Below, piece after piece: positions 1-13,000 of a stretch of DNA of 64,000 bases. The notes under the pieces were generated by a model that searched no databases, was not told where the DNA came from, and saw only the letters and a list, made by a program, of their open reading frames with translations. The stretch covers positions 29,016,001-29,080,000 of the forward strand of contig OX597836.1 of the NCBI GenBank assembly GCA_951406725.2. Reading direction: 5' to 3'. Numbering within the stretch: the stretch's first letter is position 1; every line of letters starts with the position of its first letter. The position numbers and the translations under genes are program-made. This stretch comes from Octopus vulgaris (taxonomy: Eukaryota).

Positions 1-62
1 GACTGTGCCCTCCCCTTCAGACATGTGTCAGCCTTCATTGACAAGTTAAATGTAATACTTAC

Positions 63-3000
63 AATTTAAGGTCTCCGTGTCCTTCAATGGTCTGTGCCAT
101 GTTGTGATAGGCACGCAGTTTAGCAACCAACTCGGTAGAGTCCTGTGCAGCATTCACAGCCAATTGTTTGGGGATGACAAGCAGGGAATGTGCAAATTCT
201 GCCATAGCTAACTGTTCACGAGAACCCTGAATGAAAAAGAAATACAACTATAATATAAGGATCAACATGAGAAATTGATTTTACTAATCTTAAATATTCC
301 CCAATTAACCTCAATTCGATCAACACTTTTGATGCCACCCATCTGAACCAGACTTTAGTTTTCCGACAAAATTTTCCGTTTTAACCATCAAAATTTACAT
401 CAACATGTAATGGGTTTTCCATGCTGGCATAGGTTGGGCAGTTTGATAGGAATTGGCAAGTCTAAGACTGCACCTAACTCTGCATGGTTTCTAATCTCTA
501 CATATATAAACAGCAAAATGTCTGTGTGCATGTCCTTTATACAAATCCAGTTTTTCAGTTAGAGGGCTCGCACTTTCTATGGTCATTCAAAGCCATCCAA
601 GGGTAGTTGTGCACATCTTTACATTTCCCGTCACCCCGTAAAGCCATTAAAAATCAATAGAAGTGACTTTTTTGTGAATTTTCTATCCAAAATCCAATCA
701 ATATGCCCGAAACTTGATACGCCAATTGAATGCCAACTAGCTGTATGTGATTGGTCGGAGATTTGGACAGTACTCGCGTGTGTGCGCACGCACACAGCTG
801 TATATGCATGCACTAGCACTATGACCCGGCAACGCTGGGTCATAGTGCTAGTTCACCATAAAAAATTTATGTACCAAGTGCTTATTAACCCTTTAGTATT
901 TAAACCAGCCATATCCGGCCAAAATAGTTAATCTGTTTTATGTTCAAACTGACCAGATCCAGGCCCTCACACCTACCCTAAAATGTTATTCTACATTAAG
1001 TAATTACACCATCAAGATCTTGAAGATATGAGATAATGCATGATTAATTCAAATCAATGGGAATCAATAAGCATTATGTTTGATTGAATAATCTGAACAC
1101 TAAAGGGTTAATAAGGACTACATTATTCAAGTAACTCCTTCCAATTTTTAAAAATTATTCTCAAAATTAAATACTTCAAGAAATACTTTTCTTTTGATTA
1201 TGCACCATATCAATTATAACCAAGATATAGGCTTCTGGAGGCATTGAAATATATATAAATAGGAAACAGGCTGGCCTTAGGAGGGGCATCCAACCATAAA
1301 AACCTTGCCAAAACAAACACTGGAGCTTTATGTAGCCCTTGGCCCCATCAGTCCATGTCAAAACGTCCAACCCATGCTGCTGGCATGAAATGTGGACATT
1401 ATGTAATGATGGCTTCCTAAATGGTTTGTGATGCTTACAATCACGACTTACACTCCAGCTTTATCTACATGTACAGTAGACACAATGCAATAAAAAAAAT
1501 TATATAACTAAAAAGAATATCCAAATACTTCAAAAATGAAAATCAAAAACAAAAAAAAGAACCTTTTGACTCACCAATGAAATGGCTAAATTCTCTAAAT
1601 ATATAGACAATGCTGCTTCGACAGCACCACCACCTGGAACAACGGATTTAGACTCAAGCACACGCTTCACTACACAGAGGGCATCATGCATGGATCGTTC
1701 CATTTCATCGCACATATAATCATTGGCACCACGCAAAATGATTGAGGCAGCGGTGCGTGCCTTAGGACTGAAATAAAAGAGAAATTAATCTCAATCTCAG
1801 ACAACAAAAATGGGAAATAAACAATGATTAATTCAGATATACGAGTGCTTAATTGGTAAATACCAAGGAAAAGAAAAAGATAAAGCAAAATGACAGAATT
1901 CTTGGATTTAGGGAAGTCTGGAGCGACAATATTTATTGGATGTAGGGAGATTTAATTTAATTCAGGAGTGATAATATTTACTGTAGAGAGAGATTTAAGA
2001 AAAAAAGCAAGGCTCACCCTTTAATAATTATCAGTTCATCATCACAAATACGCTCTTGGAAAACTTCTTCAGCATTTCCTAGCTGAGATGCTTCAAAAAC
2101 TTCTTCCCCCTCCAGGTTTGACAGACTTGTCAATAAAGCAGCTATTCAATGAGAAATAATTCATTAGAAGCAAATAACACCTTAAAAATACATTGAAATT
2201 AAATGAAACTTGTTAGTTATAGATTATAAAATGAAAGAAAAAGAACTTCAAGCTAAAAAGTATTTTTTTTAAATAACTGAAAAAAATTTGAGAAAGAGAG
2301 TAACATATCTTTGGTCTTAAAACTGAAACATATCAAGTTTAACCCTTTAGTGTTCAGATTACTCTGTTAAACGTAATACTTTTTCACTCAAATTGTTTTC
2401 AATTAGTCTTTCATTATCTTATAGCTTTCAATGACATGATTGTTAATTTTTAGAATGTCATTGTAGGTTAGGTGTGAGAGGCTAGAAATGGTCAGTTTGA
2501 ATATAAAACATGTAGAATATTTGGGTCGGATATGGCCGGTTTAAACACTAAAGGGTTAAAGAGGTGAAGTAGCTAAGTATGGTATTATTCTAATTGTTCA
2601 GGTTTCTGTGGGGTTTTTGGCAGTATTTTAATCTAGATTAGTTTACCTAGCTATCAAGAAGGAATAAGTACCTGATGTTATGGTGCCTTGGGTCAGAGTC
2701 TTTTCAAAAAGGATATTTATCTCACAGGTTATATATTATAAAACCAGAATGCAGAAGAAAACAACCACCACTTTTTATGCAGAGGTAGAACACATTTTCA
2801 AAAGATCAAATATCTGTATTCATAGCAGACTATTGAGGACAACAAACAGGGAACATCATGATGTTCACACCTTTCTCAAGAGTATTAGTGATGCAAATGA
2901 AATAAAACAGCTACCACATGGGACTGCAATTAACCCAATAAAGGTGCTGTTACAATCAGCTCACACTACATTAAAAAAAAAAGACAGAAGGATATGCTCT

Positions 3001-6000
3001 TGGCCAGAATTTAGGACTAAACATCAAATTAGGAGGTAAAACAATATGGTTGTGTATGTTGAGTAATGACTGAAAGAGTACAGTTGTGAATACAAGCGAC
3101 TGAAATGGGGTTCCTACAAAGGATCTTTGGAGTGTCATTACTCAGGATTACTCAGGGTGTATAGCTCCGAGATCAAGGAATTTTTCTAGGCCGAGTCACT
3201 ACTCCTCCACATTGAAAGATCACAACTCTGGTACAAGACACGCAATTAGAACCATCACAGGAAAGAATTGCAAGACAGATTCTTCAAGCCAAGCCAACCA
3301 GCAGGAGAGCTAGGAAATTGACCAATAACCTGATAGTTGAGTAATATCCGTAGTTTCAGTTGATCGTGCTTGGGAATCCAACCAGAAAAATCTAATGACA
3401 ATTGCTTCTGATGGAGAAGATGCCTCAAGATTATCTCTATTGTCCTCTCGGTAACGGTGTGCAGAGAAGATGGATGGAGTAAAAATATGAGAAAAACCAA
3501 AGCAGAAAATATCTTATATGCTACTCACCACCTGTTGCTTTGGCAATTCTTCTTAAGTCGGCTTGTTTACAACGCCTGACAGCCATAGCTCCAGCTTCTA
3601 CAAAGTACTTAAGGCATAAATCATCAATGCCACCAGAGCTAAGAATAACATTCGCTCCAGATGATAAAACCTTTTCAATCCTTTCTTTGGTAATATCAGA
3701 TTCTCTGTGGAAAAGAGACAAATTATAGAATGACAAAAACACTTTGCTAAACAAGGAACTTCTATTTTTTGGAAGCCAAAAGGGTAAGACTCTACATCAG
3801 TGGGGTGAGAAACCCTTTTGATAGCAACCCACCTGAAACTGTCCCTGGTTCATTAACACAAACTTCCTGATTTAAAGTAATCTAAATTAAAAATGTCCAT
3901 CAAAATTTTGTCAAGTTCCAAATGCCAAAATTAAATTACTTCATTTTTCATTATTTTCAAAATTAATTCAAACAAAGGATGAGTACTCCAACAGAAATAT
4001 GGTAACTAAAAGAATTAAATAGCATTTCTTCATTTACTACACCGACTTGGCACCAGGCAGTCTGACCAATCCAGGTGAAGAGAACATGAAATAATTCTTG
4101 TCTGGAACGGTCTATCTTAGAGCAAATAAAGCTATAAATAATAGCACATAAATATTGGGTCAAAAACCTTTTGAATAGCAAAAGCTACACAGACACACGA
4201 TTGTCTTTTGTAATTTCTGTCTACCAAATTCCATTCATCAGGTGTTGTATCAGATGGTTCAATACATTATGTAGTCATTTTATTATTTGTTTCTCAAACA
4301 GCAGGTATCCTCAGGTATTTTTTAAGTCATTCATTTAAGTTACCATTCCATACCCTGTTCATTTTCAAATCAATCTTAAGATCTGCAGCAAAAGTTAAAC
4401 TAGGTTTCACTGAAACATGCTAAGAATCACAACCATCTTCCATTACATTCTGCTTTCATCAATTTCAATTTTCCAAGGTATTCCCTGTACTTCCTCCCAA
4501 TGTCTTTCTTCACCACAATTAATCCTGAAGGCAGCAACAGGAGTGGAGTATGGTTTTAATTAACGTTTGTTGGTTCACTAGATTAAATATGTTAGCACTC
4601 GTTTTACTATAAAAGTACTACCTTGAACCTTACAAAATATAAACAAAAATCAACCGACCATGCATATTAACACAATACATTGGAGACGCTAAACTGATGC
4701 TGCTACAATTATTCACTATCAGAAGCCGGAGGGGTGGGGTTGGAGTTGTTTACCAAAAGAGTTTATAAATACCTTCTTCTAATATCTTCAAGTTTGCTAG
4801 GGTCATCAATTAGAATTTGAACCCCAAGCTTCATTTTCTCTTTCCTGAGACCAAAATCTAAGCAAGCAATTTTGGCATTGGTAATACTTTTGGGCATGGC
4901 TGTTGGAAGAAAAGAAACAGGAATTAACAACGCTTTATTAAATTAGCAGACTAATTGACAGATTTTACACAAAACAGACAGACACACCATCGTCATCATC
5001 TTGACAAGTGTTTTCTATGCCAGTAGACATGAGACAAGGGAGTAAAGGACATACATAGGTCATGGTTCTGTATAATTTCTACAAAGCTTAACCCTTTAGC
5101 AATCAGATTACTTTCAACTATAATGCTTATTTATTTGCACTGTTTTAAATTAATCATACATTATCTCATAGCTTTGTGACTTCCATGCTGTGACCATTTA
5201 TTTTAGAATGACATTGTAAGGTAAGCGTGAAAGCCAAATCTGGCCAGTTTGGACATAAAACAGATAGAATATTCAGGCCAGATATGGCCGGTTTAAGTGC
5301 TAATGGGTTAAAGTACTCCCTGCTAGTATATATTACTATTATTGTTATTAATAATAATAATTATTATAAAATATTTCATTTGTCAATAGCTGTATACCAT
5401 TTTTTGTGAGGATGGGCATATGGTGTATGTAAGGTGATACTGTTGAATGTCTAGACTTGAGAAGATTGACCCTTTGTCTGAGAAAGAGACGGACAGAGCT
5501 GTAAAGAAATCCCTCTCTTTCTTAAATGAGCTGACAACTCGGATTCCTTTTCTCTTCACAACACACAAAGTTATCCAAGCTCATATCTCTGTACAAATAA
5601 AGCTATAATAGCACATAAAATATTGGGTCAAAAACCCTTTGAATAGAAAAAGGTACACAGACACACAATTGTCTTTTGTAATTTCTGGCTACAAAATTCC
5701 ATTCATCAGGTTTTGTATCAGATGGATGAAACCTAGACTAGGGTAGAAGCCACTTGACCATGCAGAGTGATCCAACTCAAAACCATGTGACTGTGAATGA
5801 AATCCTTCACCACACAGCTAACAAATTTACATCAACCCTTAAGCATTCAAATCATTCTGTCAAATGCAATGCTTGCTTATTCACATTGTTTGGAATTAAT
5901 CATGTATTCTCTCATAGCTTCATGGTTTTGATGAAGTAATTGTTTATGCTTAGAATGCCTTTGTAGGGTAGGTGTGAGAGGCTGGATCTGGCCTTTTTTT

Positions 6001-6915
6001 TAACATAATGCAGGTAGAGTATTTGAGCTAAATATGGCCAGTTTAAATATGTAAGCACACATTATCTCCTATTCAATACTTCAACAGTGAAGGAGAGGAA
6101 ATGGTTTTAAGAGAGGAGAAGTAAATTTTGAGACCAGTAAAACCAAGAACCAACTCACCTTTAGATGCAACAGTGACATTGATTGCATAGCCATTGACAA
6201 GAACACTTTCCCTGCTGCTTCGACCATGGGCTTTGAGGACATTGATGGCTTTCACTGGATAACGAGAATTTCCCTTGGAGTCAGTGATCTTTACAGCTTG
6301 TACGGCATCAACAACCATGTTGGCAAAAAAGTCAGCTTCACTGGTGAGGTGTTAAGGAATGAGTCTTTGTGCAAACTAGTTTATACTCTTTTTAAGACTA
6401 CCAGGGAAAAAGTACAATGGCTACTATTACTAATACTGCTGCTACTACCAATATCTTAATTAGATATTATTTTAGTGCAAAAGTCCAATCAATTCATGTC
6501 ACAATGAAGAGTTGCAAAACATTTCAGAGTCTCCATTTGAATCTCCTGGAAGAAACATCACCAACACATACACACACGACAAAAAAAAACAAAAAACGTA
6601 TGCAACCAACTCAAAAAGATACACACAGGTACACACACAACCTACAAAGATATATATATGACCTGCTGTGCTTGAGGAGACCTACTGAGTCAAGTACGTC
6701 AACATCAAAATAAAAATCAAATGGAAATTGTGGTTGTGGTACTCATGCCGGTGGCAAGTAAAAAGCACCCACTACACTCATGGAGTGGTTGGCATTAGGA
6801 AGGGCATCCAGCTGTAGAAAGACTGCCAGATCAGATTGGAGCCTGGTGCAGCCTCCTGGCTTCCCAGACCCCAGTTGAACCGGAAAACGGACATTAAACG
6901 ATGATGATGATGATT

Positions 6916-6971
<56 letters not shown>

Positions 6972-7032
6972 TATATGTATATAAAACAAACTAGCTCATT
7001 AAGAAAATTTCTATCAGGTAGTGACATTTATA

Positions 7033-7081
<49 letters not shown>

Positions 7082-10000
7082 CAGGCAAAAAGTATATACA
7101 ATAGACAAGATACAAACATACACCAGGCAAAAAGATATACAATAAACAAATCAATACACATGCACACATGTATACATACTACAGTCGCAAAGTAACAATT
7201 CTACTTGTGTACCAAAGAGAGATGTACGCTCATTACATTTAGTGCAACCATGTGTAGCAGCATAGTCATGAATCAGTGGAATTGTCTTGACTGAAAAAAG
7301 CCTTGCCATAGTAATAAGCGGGTTGAATTCTGTGAAGACTTTAAATCTCAAAGAAAAAAGAAACTTTAACAGTGACAACTGAGTGTCATCTCTTGTGAAA
7401 GGTAGGAGAGTCCAGTTTGCTGGACATTGTTGTAGAGCTGAAAAAGAAGTAATTTCTACTCTTCTCCTCTGGAAGCCATCTACTCGCAATACCAGAGGGT
7501 GCACACTCTCCTACCCTGATGTAATCTCCAGGGATACAGGCATCCAGCAACAGGACCTCCGTAATGCTATGATGGACCGTGAAGTCTGGCGTAACATAGT
7601 AAATTCCATTGTCTCGACCACGGTCGAACAATGATGATGATGAGAAATGAAGAGAAGAAGAAAAAGTATATGTTTAGACAACAGTGAATTCTTCCTCTTT
7701 GTGTATATTTTAACTCTTAAGTATTCAGATTACTCCATCAATTGGAATGCTTGTTTATTCACATTGTTTTGAACTAATCATGCATCTGAGATTCTGATAT
7801 GCGAATGATTATTTTTAAAATGACATAGTAGGGTATGGTTTGAGAGGCTGGGTTTGGAGAGTCTGAACATAGAGACAGGCAAAATGTTTGAGCCAGATAC
7901 GGCTGGTCTAAATGCTTCACAAAAGAGAAGAGAAAGCGATTTGCAAGAGAAATAATCAAAACAAGGATACGCTCCAATCAGCTTGCTGGCCATGCTGGTC
8001 CTGGCCACACTGAGGATGGCTTCCTGACCCAATTCATCGGTGTTAATACACAGGTTTTCTTGAATGTAACGACAAGCCTCTCTGAAAAGAAAAAATATAT
8101 ATAAAAGTTACAAAAACACACATTGGTCATTTCTCATCATCATCATCATCGTTTAGCGTCCGTTTTCCATGCTAGCATGGGTTGGACGGTTCTACTGGGG
8201 TCTGTGAAGCCAGAAGGCTTCATCAGGCCCAGTCAAATCTGGCAGTGTTTCTACGGCTGGATGCCCTTCCTAACGCCAACCACTCCGTGAGTGTAGTGGG
8301 TGCTTTTTACGTGCCACCCGCACAATCTTATCCAATTTCTACAGTTGTCACCTACTCTTCTCTCTCTCGTTTACAATTCTTCAACACTTTTCTTTATTAT
8401 ATTCATCCTCACATCCATTCTCTGTCTCTAACCATCCCTCACTCTCTCCCACACATTCTTGCAACCTCTACCCACGTACACTTCCTATTCTCGTGCCCTC
8501 CCCTCTCACTTTTGCTCACTCCCATGTCTTGAGGGTTCACCCTGACACATCATCATCGATTAGCGTCTGCTTTCCATGCTAGCATGGGTTGGACGGTTCA
8601 ACTGGGGTCTGGGAAGCCAGAAGGCTGCACCAGGCCCAGTCTGATGTGGCAATGTCTCTACGGTTGGATGCCCTTCCTAATGCCAACCACTCCATAACTA
8701 TTTTTTTTATCTTTCCAGCTCCACACCAGCCAGTTGCCATATTGCTCTGCTACATTGACCTTTGCCTCTCATTCCATAGCATAAAGCTACCTCCCTCTCT
8801 ACAGCAGCCCCAATCAGTCAAAAGAAATCTTAGTCTTGCAGGGTGGACTCACCAGAGGTAGTGCCATGAAAGAGAACTCAATACATGCTATAAAATGGTT
8901 GGCATTAAGAGCATCCATAGAAACCATGCTTGAAAGCAGACACTGGAGCACAATGTGGTCTTCGGTAAGGAACATGGACATTAAACGACAATATCTGCCA
9001 AATTAACTCTAGCAAAGCTCTAAGTATTTTTTCTCTATAATTAAGAATCAAGAAATAATAGCATCGACCCTAACACTAACCATAAACCATTCAACTGACA
9101 AAAAATAAAAAACAAGCTACTTTGTGGTAATCAAAGTGGGACAATCAAAGATAGGTGTCTTCTTTAAGATCCCTTCATTATGACAATAAGAACCACTGCC
9201 CTGGGCATGACTGCATCCTGTAATAGGTCCCTGATTTAGGAGTTTCAGAATTTTGAGGAAACCACCTCTTAGCCACTATTGTTCTCAGGTCTACTCTGAC
9301 CTATAGTAATTGTAGTGACGTCATTCTTCAATGCGCGTGTGCGGGGTTGGAACCTTCTGGAAAGGCCTAAGGAAGTTCCCTCATGCACATGCAATAAAAA
9401 CTGGGGAAAAAATTCTATCGCGTTCCTTGTTAGCGTCGGTGACTTGAGACACGGCTATTGAAGAGAGAAGACGTGTTATCAGCCTATGCTCCTGTCCCAG
9501 ATGCTTGGGATTTGACTGGCTCTGTTACTGCTGGAGTTTTTGTAAGGTTTATCTTTACAAATGTTTAACTTCAGTCTTGCTGTACCTACACCAAGTGGTT
9601 ACCAATTTACCAACGTGCCTTCTTTATGTAAATAACGAAATAAAGTGTCATATTTTCTAAGGTTGCTTTCTTGTTCCTGACACCAGTAGTTTTGGGAAAC
9701 AAAGAAGGAAATTGTGTTGCACCCAAACAGTGCAAAAGACACAACCTGTTCCAGACAGTTCCTTTACAGCCATAGGTTAATTGGCATATTAGGGTTTTCC
9801 TAGGAATGGATCTGGCAGACTCTGTAGAAGAAACCTTCATGGTTCAATGGAGGAGAAAAGTGACTGCAGCAATGCATTGTGAAGTGCAGAGAGTAAGATG
9901 AAGCAAGTTAGATATTTTGGCCATCCATGGTGTCCATCCCTATCCCCAGTTGTCTTGCTAATGGATTGGTGGTGGTCACAGACAAGCAATTGAGATTGAT

Positions 10001-13000
10001 ATTGTGAAAAACAAAGCATCACACAATCCATCAGTCATCCCTAGGATGAATAAGACCCAAACATCTGACGATGAGTCCAGTAGTCCAAAAATTTAAATTC
10101 ACAACAACTGTGCCTTGTTAATTCAATTAGTCAATTTTTTTAAAACTTTTAATTAAAGCTTTGAGATATTTACAGGTTGACACATCAGGTCTATTTTTTT
10201 CTTTTTCTTTTTTCAAACTTTCCAAACAGATGCTTAGATGTGGTACTGGTGCCATGTTAAAAGCACCCAGTACACTCTGTAAAGTGGTTGGCATCCAGCT
10301 GTAGATACCATGCCAAAACAGACAATGAAATCTGGTACGCCTCCCAAAAGCCTTACCAGCTTCTGTCAAACTGCCCAACCCATTCCAGCTTTGAAAGCAG
10401 ACGTTAGATGATGATAGTTTACAATAAAAAAGTAAACCTCTAAAGGTTGAAATTTTGAGGGATTGTAACCAACTGAATGTGGCTTATCTTAAAACGCAAA
10501 GTCTGAATTGCTATATGTTACCATAGTAACAGACCTCCATACAGCCAGTAGACCTAGTAGAAATAGCAAGCAACACTCCCTCAAATCACAGGATACTGTC
10601 TTAAAAACAAAGGTACTCAAATGCTTGAAACAGTTGAGAAATATCCCTCAAATCATTTCTGGATTTGAACCAACCGACTTTGGGTTAAACAGTCACAAAA
10701 TTTATCTGCACCATTAATTACTATGACTACTACTAATAATAATTGATGGTTGTGGGAATAGTGATAGTAGTGGTGGTGTTACTATATCACCATCCCACAA
10801 CCACCTCTTAGTAATAATGGTACTAACCATGTACTATTCAGTCGTTGGAGAGTTTCAAAACTTTAGCATTCAGATTTGTTGAATGGTTTGCTTATTTCTT
10901 CACATTATTTTGAATTAGCCAGACATTATCTCATAGCTTCAATGTTGCAATGATGTGATTGTATATTTTCAGAATGACATTGTAGGGTAGGTATGAGAGG
11001 TTGAATCTGGTCAATCTAACTAAAAACAGGTAGAATATTTTGGCCAGATACGATCAGTTTATATGCTAAAGGGTTAGAAGAAGAAAACCCACTTACTTGC
11101 AAGCCAATCTATAACCACTAATAATGGTGGTAGGATGGATTTTACTTTTAACCAAATCATCGGCATTCTTCAGTAACTCACTAGCCAGAATCACCTGAAA
11201 TAAAGCAAATTTAGATTTTAAATATTCCGACTCACTTTCAAAACTTTGTAATTTTTTTACCAGCTATAACATGGAACTACCAACCCTTCTATGAAGACAA
11301 TAATTCTCAAGTGCCAGCCTCGCCTGGCCCTCGTGCCGGTGGCACATAAGAAGCACCATCCGTTCGTCAGCTCTGTCTGGCACCTGTGCGGGTGGCACGT
11401 AAAAAGCACCCACTACACTCACGGAGTGGTTGGCGTTAGGAAGGGCATCCAGCCGTAGAAACACTGCCAGATTTGACTGGGCCTGATGAAGCCTTCTGGC
11501 TTCACAGACCCCAGTAGAACCGTCCAACCCATGCTAGCATGGAAAGCGGACGCTAAACGATGATGATGCATATGGATCAGTTGTTAGAGCGTCGGGCTCA
11601 CAATCATGAGGTAGTGAGTTCAATTCCCAGACCAGGCTGTGTGTTGTGTTCTTGAGCAATACACTTTATTTTACATTGCAACACCACTGGTGCCAAGCTG
11701 TATAGGCCTTTGCTTTTCCCTTGGATAACATCAATGGTGTGCAGAGGTGGAGGCTGGTATGTATGGCAACTGCTGGTCTTCCATAAACAAATTTGACCGA
11801 ACTTGTACATCAAAGGGTAACTTTTTAGGTGCAATTTCATGCTAATTCATGACCGAAGAAGGTTTTTATCCTATAAATACTACACAACACATTTGGTGGA
11901 AGGAATATTCAACAGTTTACAAATTTGCCACAATGAAAGTAACAATCAAGAGGACACCAGTCTGACTCATATAAAACAGTACACATGGACTGTTATTGTC
12001 TAATAAGTGTTGACATATTGAAGCAAGAAGACAACTGAAATTTTTTTTATATCTTTTTAATTCATACCCAGTTCATAGAGATTTGCCCCTTTAATAGTTT
12101 GAATTCTCTTGTTCGAATCCATCACCCTGTTTATTACTAATACTCAAACTTAAATTTCCATTTGAAAGAGCATGAATTAAGCTCTATTTTTGCATAGATG
12201 AGGTTTTTCATCTTTAAGATGAAAAAAGCAATTTTTTAAACTTTGTCAACTATTCCCTTTCTTCACTGAATGCATCATTATGCTGTTGAGTTTTAAACAC
12301 AAATGAGCAAAATATAAATTTTGGAAAAAAAAAACAATTTTAACCAGGCTGTTTTCAAGAAACTTGCAAGCTGGTAAGATTTATAGTATTACTTGCTTTA
12401 TACAAAGACAATTTTTTATTTTCCTTCATCTACAACAAAACAACCTCAATTTGAAAGTTACTATTGCCAAACAGTGAAAGACAAGAATCAGGAGAACCAG
12501 AATATTGGAAAACAAGTACAAAAATCTGAATGACAAATTACCTTGCATTACAAGGCCCATGACAAGGTGCAGATAAAAATGAAAAATATTTAAGCCTCTT
12601 AAGAATGAGGACTGTGAGCCCTTAATATTTCACAAAGGACCTGTGATCTCAAGGAGACATTCGAATAAGACAGGAGAAAGAGAGAGATAAGCATAGATTA
12701 AATCAAACTAATGTATTCTATATAACAGTTAACAACAACTTACCACACTGCTAGTTCCATCGCCTACTTCCTTGTCTTGTAGTTCAGCCAATTCTACCAA
12801 AATCTTAGCAGCTGGGTGTTCTACTTCCAATAGCTTAAGGATCGTAGCGCCATCATTGGTAATTGTTATGTCCTGAGGGAAAAAAAAAAAAGGAAATAAA
12901 ATGGTGAAATACATCATTTAAAGAATACATTGGATTGTTAAGCTCAACAGATATCATGATTGGCTACAAAACAAATATTAAACTTGTAAGTTCTCAGATG

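Noticed and set aside
4565-4700. Two-hairpin structure ending in ACA-NNN on the - strand of TCP1 intron 7 (H/ACA snoRNA candidate)
   Set aside because: No ANANNA H box in the hinge, and the pocket-to-ACA spacing (~22 nt) is non-canonical.
8182-11527. Repeated ORFs with the LDALPNANH peptide suggesting a gene family
   Set aside because: Chance frames in a high-copy non-coding retroposon tail.
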